A DNA stretch of 64,000 nucleotides from an uncultured beta proteobacterium (GTDB lineage Bacteria > Pseudomonadota > Gammaproteobacteria > Burkholderiales > Burkholderiaceae_F): assembly GCA_963698305.1 (NCBI GenBank), contig CAVOQI010000006.1, forward strand, positions 28,506 through 92,505. The letters are read 5' to 3'. Both the position numbers and the translations under genes were made by a program. The notes below the pieces were generated by a model that saw nothing but the letters and a program-made list of their open reading frames with translations, searched no databases and had not been told where the DNA came from. This document shows, piece by piece, positions 9,608-20,353 of this stretch (the stretch's first letter is position 1; each line of letters opens with the position of its first letter).

Positions 9608-11011
9608 ATGGAACAACCGACGACAAGCACGCCCGCGCAGAGCGAGAGCGACGTCAATTCGACGCCGCTGCGCGCCGCCTGGCAGAACGAGCACCTGGGC
9701 GCCGCGAGCCGCGCGCTGCTGGCTCGCGACAGTCGCGCCTTCCTGCACCAGTCGGTGTCGACGCCCTGCCTCGCGCCCATCGTCAAGGCCGAGGGGCTCT
9801 ACATCGAGGACATGGACGGCCGGCGGTACATGGACTTCCACGGCAACAATGTCCACCACGTCGGCCACGCGCACCCGCGCGTCGTCGCCGCCATCAAGGC
9901 GCAACTCGACGACCTGTGCTTCGCGCCACGCCGCTTCGCGAGCGAGCGCGCGGTCGAACTCGCCGAAGCGCTCGGCGCTCGTTTCCGGTCGCTCACGGGC
10001 CACGCCGGCCGGGTGCTGTTCACCACCGGCGGCAGCGATGCGGTGGAGGTCGCGATCCGGCTCGCCCGCATCGCCACCGGCCGCTTCAAGACGCTGAGCT
10101 TCTGGGACGCATTCCACGGCGCGGGCTTCGGCGCCTCGAGTGTCGGCGGCGAGTCGCTCTTCCGTGGCGGTGCGCACGGTCCGCTGCTGCCCGGCAGCGA
10201 GCACGTCGCGCCCTTCGGCTGCTATCGCTGCGCGTACGGCCACAAGGTCGACGCCCAGGGTCAGCCCAACCTCGATTCCTGCGCCCTCGCCTGCGCGCAG
10301 ATGGTGAGTTACGTGCTGGAGCGTGAAGGCGACGTGGCGGCGGTGATCGCCGAGCCGGCGCGCGCGGTGCCGTACATCCCGCCGCCCGGATACTGGCAGG
10401 CGGTGCGCGAGGCCTGCCACGCGCACGGCACGCTGCTGATCTTCGACGAGATCCCGACCGGCCTGGGCAAGACCGGCCGCTTCTTCGCCGCCGAACACGA
10501 CGGCGCCGCGCCCGACATCGTGGTGCTCGGCAAGGCGCTCGGCGGCGGCGTGCTGCCGATCGCCGCGTGCATCGCGCGCGACGACCTCAACCTCGCGGGC
10601 GCGTACGCGCTCGGGCACTACACGCACGAGAAGAACCCGGTCACGGCCGCGGCGGCGCTGGCCACGCTCGAGGTCATCGAGAGCGAGGGTCTGGTGGCGA
10701 ACGCCGAGCGCGTCGGCGCGCGCGCGCTGGACCGCCTGCGCGAGATGCAGCGCCGGCATGCGCTGATCGGCGACGTGCGCGGCCGCGGGCTGCTGCTGGG
10801 GATCGAACTGGTCGAGGACCGCGATTCGAAGCGCCCCGCGCGCGCGGCCGCCGAGCGCGTGCTCTATCGGTCGCTGGCGCGCGGGCTGTCGTTCAAGACG
10901 ACGATGGGCAACGTCCTGACGCTGACTCCACCGCTGACATTGACCGACGCCGACATGGACCGCGCGCTCGACATCCTCGACGCCTGCATCGGCGAGGAGA
11001 GCCGCGCTTAG
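9608..11011 (+). CDS. Class-III (PLP-dependent) aminotransferase
   Basis: 467-aa intact ORF. Motifs FHGNNVHHVGHAHP, LIFDEIPTGLGKTGRFFA and DIVVLGKALGGG (PLP lysine) fit the family. Confidence 0.9.
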   Translation: MEQPTTSTPAQSESDVNSTPLRAAWQNEHLGAASRALLARDSRAFLHQSVSTPCLAPIVKAEGLYIEDMDGRRYMDFHGNNVHHVGHAHPRVVAAIKAQLDDLCFAPRRFASERAVELAEALGARFRSLTGHAGRVLFTTGGSDAVEVAIRLARIATGRFKTLSFWDAFHGAGFGASSVGGESLFRGGAHGPLLPGSEHVAPFGCYRCAYGHKVDAQGQPNLDSCALACAQMVSYVLEREGDVAAVIAEPARAVPYIPPPGYWQAVREACHAHGTLLIFDEIPTGLGKTGRFFAAEHDGAAPDIVVLGKALGGGVLPIAACIARDDLNLAGAYALGHYTHEKNPVTAAAALATLEVIESEGLVANAERVGARALDRLREMQRRHALIGDVRGRGLLLGIELVEDRDSKRPARAAAERVLYRSLARGLSFKTTMGNVLTLTPPLTLTDADMDRALDILDACIGEESRA

Positions 11012-11052
11012 GGTCCGGCCTCGAGGCCGGACCGGCCGGCGTGCCGCAACGA

Positions 11053-11076
11053 AAAGGGCCGCTCGCGCGGCCCTTT
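11053..11076. terminator. Bidirectional intrinsic terminator between convergent genes
   Basis: AAAGGGCCGC-tcgc-GCGGCCCTTT perfect 10-bp stem flanked by an A-run and a T-run. A second perfect palindrome GGTCCGGCC-tcga-GGCCGGACC lies at 11012-11033. Confidence 0.7.
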
Positions 11077-11095
11077 CCCTCGTGCGCAGAACGCG

Positions 11096-12131
11096 TTACT
11101 TGGCGAAGATCAGCTTCAGCGCATCCCAGTGCACGGCGTGGCGCACCTGGGCGTTGTCGAACGCGGCGAACCCGAAGTAGTACGTGTCATTCAGGTTGTC
11201 GAACTGGACATCCAGCTTGCTGCCGGTCGTCAGCTTGCGGCTGACTTCCGAAGTGAAGACGCCATTCGCCCAGCTGTTCGCGACCTTGATGTCGGCACGG
11301 TCGCCCTTGACCGGCAGGATCATGAAGGACGCGACCTCGTCGCCCGCCTTGAACTTGCTGTCGTCGAACGGCACTTCCTGGCCCTTGACGACGTAGAACT
11401 TGCCGCCGGCGTTGCCCGGCTTCGCCATCGGGGTTCATGAACTCCGGCTTGCCGTTGACGACCTTGAGGTTGGCGTACTCGGGGCCACCCGGGTCCGACT
11501 TGCGGCCGGCATTGGGTGACTTCTCCTTGTCGTAACGGGTGTTGTCGACGTACTGGTCATCGACGAGACCGACCGGCGCCGTGCGACTGCCCTTCATGTG
11601 CCACATGTCGCCCAGTTCGCCTTCCTTGGCGGTGTACTTGTTGCCGAAGGGCTTGCCTTCGCCGACGTGGCACGTGACGCCGCAACCCTGCTGATTGAAC
11701 CCGGCGATCGAGTTGTTGCTGTTCCAGATCATGCCCCACTTGTCTTCGTAGTAGACGTTCTCGTCGCCGCCCTTGTTGGACGGCGAGACGAGTTTCTTCC
11801 ACGTGCCGTCGGCCTGCTTCTGGAACGGGCCGCGACGGACCGAGTTGGTGGGATCGGCGTACTGCACCAGGAAGTAGATGGTGTCGCCGACCACGACGGA
11901 CTTCAGCGTGGCCGTCGTTTCGCCCTTGGCGAAGTTCTCGCCACCTGAAAGCTTCACGGTCAGCGGTTTGGCCGCGGCCCACGCCGCGTCGTTCGGGTTG
12001 CCGTCGAGCACTGGCGCGGCGGTCGCGCGCGCGGCGACGAGCGTGTTGACCGGTGCCGGACTCTCGGCCGTCGAGCAGGCAGCGAGCGCGAGAGCAATCA
12101 GGGGAAGAGTGAAACGGGATGTTCTGAGCAT
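11096..12131 (-). pseudogene. Periplasmic DOMON/EB_dh-like (ethylbenzene-dehydrogenase-related) haem-binding domain protein; one frame break
   Basis: MLRTSRFTLPLIALALAACS... through ...KPEFMNP lies in the frame of ORF 11187..13163. It continues as AKPGNAGGKFYVVKG... in ORF 11096..11428. The break is at the G4 run 11430-11433. Confidence 0.7.
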
Positions 12132-12337
12132 GGGAGGTACCTCAGTGGATGACAGCGCCATCGTGCGTGCGAACGGTCCAGAACCCTTGAGCTGCCTCAA
12201 TTCGCAATGCGCAACCAAATTCCGCATGGCGGACCATTGAGACAGATCAAACGGAGCCCGCGCTCGCGCTTGCCGCCCGAGCCGAGCACGGTCAGCCTTG
12301 CCGGTCAGGCGCTGACGCCGGTCTGCGCAGTGACAAG

Positions 12338-12390
12338 GTCCGTCGCGAACGCGAACCGCGAAGACGCTCGGCGCGTCTTCGCGACGGACC
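12338..12390 (-). terminator. Stem-loop downstream of the 12401..13039 gene
   Basis: On the minus strand GGTCCGTCGCGAAGACGC-gccga-GCGTCTTCGCG, extended by TTCGCGACGGACC, lies 10 nt after the stop codon. Confidence 0.5.
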
Positions 12391-12400
12391 CGTGGCGGCG

Positions 12401-13039
12401 CTACTTCTTGGCGGGTTGCGCCGGCGCCGGGGACCCGGCCGCGGGCGCGGTCGACGCGTTGATCTTCGCGATCATCGCCTGCTCCAGCGCCTTCAGCTTC
12501 GGCTCGACCTGGGGCCGCGTTTCGGCGACGATCTTCTGCGAGAGCGCCTGCTGCGCCTCGGGCGTCACTTCCTGGTACTTGCGGCTCACCGGCGACTCCA
12601 GCCACGCGATCAGCACCTTCAGCTCGGCCTCGCTGAACTTCTCCTCGAGCGTTGTGCCGAGGGTGGACGGCGCCCATTTGGTCGCACTGGCGCGCAGGAT
12701 CGGCGCAACCTCGCCCTGGAACTTGCGCACTTCCGCCTGCAGGTCGGCGACGAGCGCGCGGCGTTTTTCTTCCGGTGCGCGCGCGATTCCGGGGCCGGCC
12801 AGCTGCATCACCTGGCCCGCCGCCTGATTGGCCATGCCGGTGCCGACGCTTTCGATGCCCGCCTGCTGCAGTTGCAGCGCCTTCTTCACGAGCTCCTTCT
12901 TGGCCGCGGAGACGGGGGCCGCCTCTTTCTTCGCCGGGGCCGCGGGCGACGCTGCCGCGCCCTGTGCGAAGGCCGGATTGACGGCGACGGCCAGCGCGAC
13001 GACGACGAGGGCGCCTGCCAGATGGGGAATCGATTTCAT
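12401..13039 (-). CDS. Periplasmic hypothetical protein (DUF2059-like)
   Basis: 212-aa intact ORF with signal peptide MKSIPHLAGALVVVALAVAVNPAFAQ and an Ala/Lys/Gln-rich helical body. The family assignment is from memory only. Confidence 0.6.
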   Translation of the reverse strand: MKSIPHLAGALVVVALAVAVNPAFAQGAAASPAAPAKKEAAPVSAAKKELVKKALQLQQAGIESVGTGMANQAAGQVMQLAGPGIARAPEEKRRALVADLQAEVRKFQGEVAPILRASATKWAPSTLGTTLEEKFSEAELKVLIAWLESPVSRKYQEVTPEAQQALSQKIVAETRPQVEPKLKALEQAMIAKINASTAPAAGSPAPAQPAKK

Positions 13040-13196
13040 GGGGTTCCTGTTCCTGTCGTGCCGCCGCCGGTCGGCGGCCGCAACGGAGAGAGTGGCGTGA
13101 GGGCCCGTAGTCTAGAGGGAGCGGGCGCTGATCGCATCCGGCTTGGACAACCCCGGAGTGCACAACGACTGCGCGAACCCGGCCGGCGCCCCGCGG

Positions 13197-14174
13197 TCAC
13201 GCGCCGCGCTCATAGCCGGCCTCGACGAGCTTGACCAGCGCGTACAGGGTCTGGTTGACGGGAACGTCCACGCCGAGTTCGCGGCCGCGACGGGCCACGA
13301 AACCGTTCAGGTGATCGATCTCCGACGGTTTGCGGCGTGCCATGTCCTGCGCGGTCGAGGAGAACTGCGCGGGCATCGCGGTGGCGATCCGCTCCATCGC
13401 CTGCAGCGAGTGGCTCGAACTGCAGCCCGACGCCTTCGGCGCCGGGCCAGCGCGATCACTTCGCGCACGATTGCAATCTGGACTTCGCGCACCTCGGGCT
13501 GCGCGGCGAGCTTCGCGTACGGCGCCTGCGCCAGCGCCGAGATCGCGTTGTAGGCGCAGTTGACGAGCAGCTTGGACCACAGCTCGGCGATGACATCGGC
13601 GGAGATCGTCACGTTCACGCGGGCGTCGCCGAACAGGGCGACCAGGTCGTGCAGCAGGGAATCGACCGCAGCGTCGCGCCGCGCCTCCGGGTTCAGCGCG
13701 CCGATGACGAGATCGCCGCGGCCGAAGTGGCGCACGAGGCCGGGCCCGCCCATCGCGGTCGCGACGTACACCACCGCCGGCACCACGGCCTGGCGCACGT
13801 GGCGGGCGATCGTCGCGGCGTTCTCAACGCCGTTCTGCAGGCTGAGGATCGGCGGCGTGCGGCGCGAGCAGCGGCGCCAGTTCACGGGCGACCGCGTCGG
13901 TGTCCGTCGACTTCACGCAGAACAGGACCAGGTCCGCGTCACGCGCGGCGGCCAGATCGGCGCTCGCTTCGACACGCAGCGTTTCCACCTGCCCCGCCAT
14001 GTCGAGCCGCAAGCCGTCGCGTGCGATCGCCTCGACGTGCACCGGCCGCCCGATCAGGACGACGCGCGTGCCGGCGCGCGCGAGCATCGCGCCGTAGAAG
14101 CAGCCGACGGCGCCCGCGCCGACGATGGCGACGGTGCGAAAGCGACCCGCAACCGTGAGCGCCGACTTCACCAT
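13197..14174 (-). pseudogene. panE: 2-dehydropantoate 2-reductase (ketopantoate reductase); at least two frame breaks
   Basis: N-terminus MVKSALTVAGRFRTVAIVGAGAVGCFYG (Rossmann) is in ORF 13824..14567. The middle (ILSLQNGVEN...LWSKLLVNCAYNAISAL) is in ORF 13307..13885. The C-terminus (SSTAQDMARRKPSEIDHLNG) is in ORF 13197..13580, which returns to the first frame. Confidence 0.8.
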
Positions 14175-14227
14175 GGTCCAGTTGTTCCGGAGTACGCAGC
14201 AGGCTCCAGTTTGCCGGACCGGAGGCG

Positions 14228-15847
14228 TCAGGTCCGCCGTCCCGGCTCCGGCAAGCGGCACCATGACCGGCTGGCCCGGCGCGCTGCATCCCTGGTCGCA
14301 GCAGCGACCCGGCTGCCGGTTGCGCGTGATCGCGCGCTCGCCGCTCGCCGTCAGCGCGCCGCGGTCGAGCAGCCGCTCGACCAGCTCGACCTTGTTGCCG
14401 AGCGGATAGTTGCGCCAGATCTCCTGCTTCATCGCCGCCGGCGAGCCGCCGCCGTGCAGGCTGATGACCGAGTACCAGCCGCCCTGGTACGACGCGGTGA
14501 GGTCCTCGATGAAGCGCGCGACCTCGATGCGCTTGTCGTACGGCACCGACGGGTTCGCGCGCAGCACCTCGGCGAGGCGTCGCCGCCGTCGCCGGGTTGT
14601 GGTCCTCGTCGGGACCGGGCAGCGTGACGATCAGGCCGCCCGACACCTCGTGCGCGAGCCGGTGCATGTCGTAGATCTGCGTGGCGAGCAGCAGCTTGCC
14701 GATGTTCGCGAACACCGGGCTCGGGCATGAAGGTCTTGCTCGACGGGTCCTCGCGTGCCGTACACGCTCGCCGCCACGCCGCAGGCGTAGAAGCCCTCGA
14801 CGATCTTGATCAGCTCGACCATCGGCTCGCGCAGCGTCGACTTCGCGCCCGGGTCGAAGCCGTTCGCCTCGCACATCAGCGCGCCCGCGCCGATCAGCAG
14901 GTCGCCGAAGCCGGCGCGCGCCGCGATGCAGGTGTGGCGGTGGTGCGTGGCGTAGTCGTAGGTGAGCGTGGCCGAATGCTCCCACTCGCCGGCGTAGAAC
15001 ACGCGCTCCCACGGCACGAGCACGCGGTCGAAGATCACGACGCCGGTCGACTGGCCGTAGCGGCGCGAGAACAGCGCCTCGCCGTGCTCCAGCTTCTCGC
15101 CGGGCCGGCCCGCGGGACGCGCGACGATGGTGATGCCCGCGGCATCCACCGGCACCGCGCAGCAGACCGCGAAGTCGGCGTCGGCCTCGCCCATGTTGCG
15201 GCAGGGCATGACCAGGAACTCGTGCATGTACGGCGCGCCGGTCACGATCGCCTTCGTCCCGGAGATGACGACGCCCTTCGCGGTTGCGCTCGACGATGTG
15301 CACGTAGGTGTCGGGATTCGCCTGCTGGTGCGGCTTGCGCGAGCGGTCGCCCTTGGCGTCGGTCATCGCGATGCCGAGCGCGAGGTCGTTCTGCCTGCAC
15401 GTGATCGAGGTACGCGGCGAAGCGCGCGCGGTGCTCGGTGCTGCCGCGGGCGTCGTCGATGCGCGCGCAGACCTGCGCCAGCGCGCTGAGCGCGTCGTGC
15501 GCGAGGTAGCGCTGCGCGCAGCCGGTCTCCTGGCAGAGCACGCGCACCGCCTCGAGCTTGTTCAGCAGGTCTCCCGCCGACTCGTCGACCGCCAGCATGC
15601 GCGGCACTGTCCTGCCGTTCTGCGTGGCGAGCATCAGCGGCGCGAGCGCCGGGTCGAGCGCGTAGTCGTAGCTGACGCCGAGCGCCTGGATGCCGGGCAG
15701 GAAGGCCGGCTCGTCGGCCACCGAGTCGACGCGGCGGCCGTCGACGTAGACGACCGGCCGCAGGCGCCGCAGCGAGTCGCGGTAGTCCTGGCTCGTCATC
15801 CGCGGCGTGGCCCCGGGCGGCGACTTCAGCGGGTCCGGCGCATTCAT
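14228..15847 (-). pseudogene. 4-hydroxybutyryl-CoA dehydratase/HpaB-family (AbfD-like) enzyme; heavily fragmented
   Basis: Pieces are spread over ORFs 15242..15847, 13939..15366, 14631..15245, 14429..14728 and 13824..14567. They include CQETGCAQRY, HHRHTCIAARAG and ISLHGGGSPAAMK. I count about 6 frame switches, near 15395, 15275, 14748, 14716 and 14580. The 3' end is uncertain. Confidence 0.7.
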
Positions 15848-15869
15848 GGCGATCTCCCCCGGGCGATGC

Positions 15870-16478
15870 TCAGAGCGTGCGGATCTGCACCTTGCGCCAC
15901 TTGATCGCGCCGCCCGGCTCGCCTTTCGGCGGCAGTGTCCCGTACTGCAGGGCGAACGGTCCCTCCTTGAACTGCTCGTGGTTCACCTTGACCGTCTGCA
16001 CGCCGTTGAGCACGACAGTCAGCTCCGAACCCTTGACCGTGATCTCGTAGGTGTTCCACTTGCCGCCGGCCTTGTGCGCGTGGTGCGGCACCGGCGCATG
16101 GTGAACGATCGCTCCCGTGCCGAACGTCGGGTCCGGGCGCTGATCGAAGATGTTGGCCTCGTAGCAGCTCTTGTCGGTCAGCACTTTCGGATCCGCGCAG
16201 CGCATGTAGACGCCGCTGTTCGCCGATGGCGCCGCCCAGAACTCCGCCCGGATCTGGAAATCCCTGTAGGAGTTCTTCGACACCAGGAATCCCCCTTTGC
16301 CGCTGTCCGCGACGATGGCGCCGTCTTCCGCGCGCCAGTTCGCGTCGCCGACGCGGTTCCAGTTTTCGAGGCCCTTGGCTCCGTCGATCAGCGTGACCCA
16401 GCCGGCATCGCCGCCCGGCATCTGCGCGCAGCCCGCGAGCAAGGTGGCAGCAGCGAGCAAAGCGAGTTTCGAGTTCAA
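15870..16478 (-). CDS. DUF1080 (3-keto-disaccharide hydrolase-like) lipoprotein
   Basis: 202-aa intact ORF with lipobox LLAGC. WRAEDGAIV...FLVSKNSYRDFQIRAEFW...VLNGV...IKWRKVQIR is the DUF1080 jelly-roll pattern. Confidence 0.8.
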   Translation of the reverse strand: MNSKLALLAAATLLAGCAQMPGGDAGWVTLIDGAKGLENWNRVGDANWRAEDGAIVADSGKGGFLVSKNSYRDFQIRAEFWAAPSANSGVYMRCADPKVLTDKSCYEANIFDQRPDPTFGTGAIVHHAPVPHHAHKAGGKWNTYEITVKGSELTVVLNGVQTVKVNHEQFKEGPFALQYGTLPPKGEPGGAIKWRKVQIRTL

Positions 16479-16577
16479 GATTGTCTCCCCGGTAGTCCGG
16501 CGTTCGCCGGCCGGCTGACGCTACGCCGGGGGATCGGGAGTGTCATCGTGCCGTGCAATATCGGCACGGACCCCGGT

Positions 16578-17095
16578 CTAGTCCCGCACGAGATCGACGA
16601 AGTGCAGCGACACCGCGATCACGTGCAGGACCAGCAGCCCCATCAGTCCGCGCGCCGCGATGATGTGGTGGCCGCGCCATGCGATCGCCGCCTCCGTGCC
16701 CCGCCCGAGAAACCACAGCGCGCCGGTGAGCGCCGTCGCGAGCAGCGCGAGCAGCAGCAGGCCCTCGACGGTGGCAAAGAGGCCGCCGCCCTCGCTGCCC
16801 GGCCGCTGACCCTGCCCGATGCCCGCCGAGGTCGCGCCCGATGTCGCCGAACTGTCCCGCGGCCCACGGAAAGTACAGTCGCCAGCGGCCGCCCACCGTG
16901 CAGGCCGCGCAGTAGACGATGCGCGAGCGGCAGCATGGCCAGCCCGAGGACGACGTGGCTGAGGTTGATCGCGCCGGGCTCGTCCGGCAGCGCCTGATAC
17001 AGGCCGATCCACGGACTGCTCGCGACCAGCCACGCGCACGCCAGCGCGATCAGCAGGTGCAGCGGATTGTTGATCCGGTCAAGCAGCGAGCGCAT
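16578..17095 (-). pseudogene. Small polytopic membrane protein, cytochrome b-like (function uncertain); frame broken
   Basis: N-terminal TM segment is in ORF 16643..17095. The C-terminal TM segments (LLLLALLATALTGALWF...LLVLHVIAVSLHFVDLVRD) are in ORF 16578..17039. There are probably two switches near 16830-16880. It starts 17 nt inside the hemG 3' end. Confidence 0.45.
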
Positions 17096-17651
17096 CGGCC
17101 GGCTGCACCGGAATGCCGGCGCCCGCAGTCAGTTGCGCGACCTTGTCGGCAAAGCGCTCGACCTCGTCCCAGTCGGTGAACTGCGCCTTCGTGCTGAGGT
17201 CGGTCGGGCCTTTGTTGATCCACATGACGAGCCGCATCATGTGCTTGTCGATGCCGCCGTAGCGCGAGTAGTCGAGTTCGCCGGCGAACACGCCCTGCAG
17301 CTTCGGCTTCCACGGCGACTGCGCGACGAGCCGCTTCAGGTACGGGTTGGTCTGCGGCGTGTTCTTCGCCGGCTTGCGGGCGACGAGGTTCACCGAGAAG
17401 AGCGCGCTCGGCGTGCTCTCCAGCAGCGCGCGGTTGGCGCGGATGAACTCGAGCACCGAAGGATGGTGCTTGCCGTGCTTGATGCTCGCGCCGATGACGA
17501 TCGCGTCGTAATCGCGCGGATCGACGGCGTGGCCCACGAGCGGCGCGACGTCCGCGCGCTGGCCGCGCCGGGCGAGGCTCGCCTGGATGCGTTCGCAGAT
17601 CTGCTTCGACAGGCCATAGACGGACGAATAGAGCAGCAGGGTGCCGGGCAT
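17079..17651 (-). CDS. hemG: Flavodoxin-like protoporphyrinogen IX dehydrogenase (menaquinone-dependent), HemG-type
   Basis: Starts at MPGTLLLYSSVYG inside ORF 17079..17741. It has a flavodoxin fold signature plus the long-loop region IKHGKHHPSVLEFI. Intact. Confidence 0.75.
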   Translation of the reverse strand: MPGTLLLYSSVYGLSKQICERIQASLARRGQRADVAPLVGHAVDPRDYDAIVIGASIKHGKHHPSVLEFIRANRALLESTPSALFSVNLVARKPAKNTPQTNPYLKRLVAQSPWKPKLQGVFAGELDYSRYGGIDKHMMRLVMWINKGPTDLSTKAQFTDWDEVERFADKVAQLTAGAGIPVQPADALAA

Positions 17652-18580
17652 GGAGAGGGAACAGAAATCGGGAGGAGACCGCCACAGGCTAGCCGCACAA
17701 GCGCCGGATGCGCTGACCAAAGTCAGGACTGCGAACGCCATGTCCCTGATTCCGCACGGGTGTTTGTCCTAGGTGTGAGTGCTCGGCCGGTCTCGGTTGA
17801 TTGAGCCGGCTGCGCGCCGGCATTCTGTCGCTCCGCTTGCGCGCCGGCCGCGCTGCGGGGTCCTCGACTCCGCGCGACGCGCGGCGGGCGTCATTCTGCC
17901 GAGGGTGCGCTCTGCGGGCCGCAGCTTTCGGAGTGAGATCTTCCGATTCCGGCGGTCGTGCCTTCCGGCCGGCGCTCATGTCGGCCCGCCGCAGCCGCCG
18001 GACTGCTACGCCCGCCGCAACGCGCCGCGCTCCGCGAGGCTCCCCGCATCACGGTCGACGCGCCGAGCGTTGTGGACATGCCTCATTCGCGTCTTACCTG
18101 CGACCGGTGACATCGCTCCTGCAGTGGCGATCTCCGTGGCAAGCGCCCATTGCTGCCCCACCACTCGGACCACCGCGCGCGGCGCCCGAGCAGGCTGTGG
18201 CGTGCCTCGCGCAGCGACCGTCGGGGCGGCGGGCGTGCCATGCGCGCAAGTGCGGCGGGCCAGGAGGGCCTGGCCGCAACCCGCCGCCGCCAGATCGGCA
18301 CGGACGCCATCCAGACATCTGCTGGCCCGCAAGGAACGCCATGCGCTGAATGACGCCCGCCGCGACGGGCGCGGAGTCGAGGCACGCCGCAGACTGTTCG
18401 GGCGCAGGAGTCGCCCCCGGGCCATGCGAAGAGCTCAAAGACTGCGGCATGCGAACTGGCCTGCTTGAGAACCGGTTCGTCGTCCACGTTCAAGTCAGCG
18501 GCGGCGAGCGGCGGCGCCCGGCCCCCGTTCCAGAGGCATGCCTCGACAGAAAGCGCTCCGCCCGCTGCTACGCTCGCGCG

Positions 18581-20344
18581 ATGAACTCTCCCTTCGTCGA
18601 TCTCGGCCTGTCGCAAGAACTCGTGCAGGTCCTCACCGGTCTCGGCTACGAAGAGCCGACGCCGATCCAGAGCCAGTCGATCCCGCCGCTGCTCGGCGGC
18701 AAGGACCTGCTCGGGCAGGCGGCCACGGGCACGGGCAAGACGGCGGCATTCGCGCTGCCGCTGCTGCAGCGCGTGCTCTCGGCCCACCGCAAGCCGGGGC
18801 CGCCGGCGGTGCTCGTGCTGGTGCCCACGCGCGAGTTGGCGATTCAGGTCGCCGAGGCCTTTCACAGCTACGGCGCGAAGCTCGGCGCGGTAGTGCTGCC
18901 GATCTACGGCGGCGCCGAGTTCGGCCGCCAGGCGCAGGCGCTCAAGCGCGGCGTGCACGCCGTGGTCGCGACGCCCGGCCGCGCGCTCGATCACATCCGC
19001 CGCGGAACGCTGAAGATGGACGGGCTCAGCCGCGGTCGTGCTCGACGAAGCCGACGAGATGCTGGACATGGGCTTCGCGGAGGACATCGAACTGATCCTC
19101 GACGCCGCTCCGGCCGAGCGCCAGACCGCGCTCTTCTCCGCCACGCTGCCGCCGCGCATCGCCGCCATCGCCGACAAGCACCTGCGGGATCCGGAGCGCG
19201 TGCTGATCGCGCGCGAGAAGACCGCCAAGGGCACGATGCCGAAGGTGCGGCAGACCGCGTACATCGTTCAGCGCGCGCACAAGGTCGCGGCGCTCGGCCG
19301 CGTGCTCGACCTCGAGTCGCCGGCGCTCGCGCTCGTGTTCGCCGCACGCGCACCGAGGTCGACGAACTCGCGGAGAAACTGCGCGGTCGCGGCTACCAGG
19401 TCGAACAGCTGCACGGCGGCCTGTCGCAGGACCAGCGCGACCGCGTGATGAAGCGCGTGCGCGCCGGCGCGGTCGACCTGCTGGTGGCCACCGACGTCGC
19501 CGCGCGCGGACTCGACGTCGAGCACCTGTCGCACGTCGTCAACTTCAACGTGCCGGCGTCGCCCGAGTCGTACGTGCACCGCATCGGCCGCACCGGCCGC
19601 GCGGGCCGTGAAGGCGTGGCGATCACGCTCGCCGAGCCGCGCGAGCACCGGCTGCTGCGCAACATCGAACAGCTGACGAAGCAGAAGATCGACGTGGCGA
19701 CGGTGCCGACGCCGATGGACGTGCGCGCGCGCCGGCTCGACATGACGCGCGGCGCGCTGCGCGAGGCGCTCGAGGAAGGCGAACTCGACAGCTACCGCGT
19801 CGTCACCGATGCGCTGGCGAGCGAGTTCGACCCGATGGACGTCGCCGCCGCCGCGGTGAAACTGGCGCACCGGTCGCTGCAGGCCGATGCCGCGCACGAC
19901 GAGGAGCACATCCCGTCGATCGACCTGTCGCGCAAGGAACCGTGGTCGAAGGGGCCGCGCCGGGAGCACGGCGAGCGGGCTGAGGACGCGCGCGGCGCGC
20001 AGGGTCGCGCGGCGCGCCCGGGCGATCGGCGGCCGGCGCCGGCCCCGATGCACGCGGCGGCCGGCAGCCAGCGCAAGCCGCACGGCCCGCTGACGATGGT
20101 GCGCGTGTACGTCGGTGCCGGACGCAACGTCGGCCTGCGTCCGGCGGACCTCGTCGGCGCCATCGCCAACGAAGCGGGCGTCAGCGCGCGCGAGATCGGC
20201 GCGATCGAGATCGAGGAGCGGTTCTCGCTGGTGGAGATCTCCGACCACATCGCCGACGACGCCATCCGCGCGCTGCGGGCGACGTCGCTGCGGGGCCAGC
20301 GCGTCACCGTGCGCAAGGACCAGCCCAAGCGCTCGACCAAGTAG
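18581..20344 (+). pseudogene. deaD: DEAD-box ATP-dependent RNA helicase with DbpA-type C-terminal RNA-binding domain; two compensating frame breaks
   Basis: Motifs AATGTGKT and PTRELA are in ORF 18350..20344. LDEADEML and SAT are in ORF 19038..19448. HRIGRTGRAG and the DbpA domain are back in the first frame. The switches are near 19030 and 19340. ATG is at 18581. Confidence 0.85.
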
Positions 20345-20353
20345 GCCGCGGCG

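Noticed and set aside
17779-18468. 229-aa ORF in the deaD upstream region
   Set aside because: Its composition is Arg/Ala/Pro-rich with no GC3 periodicity advantage over the other frames and no recognisable motif. I treat the region as non-coding or eroded.
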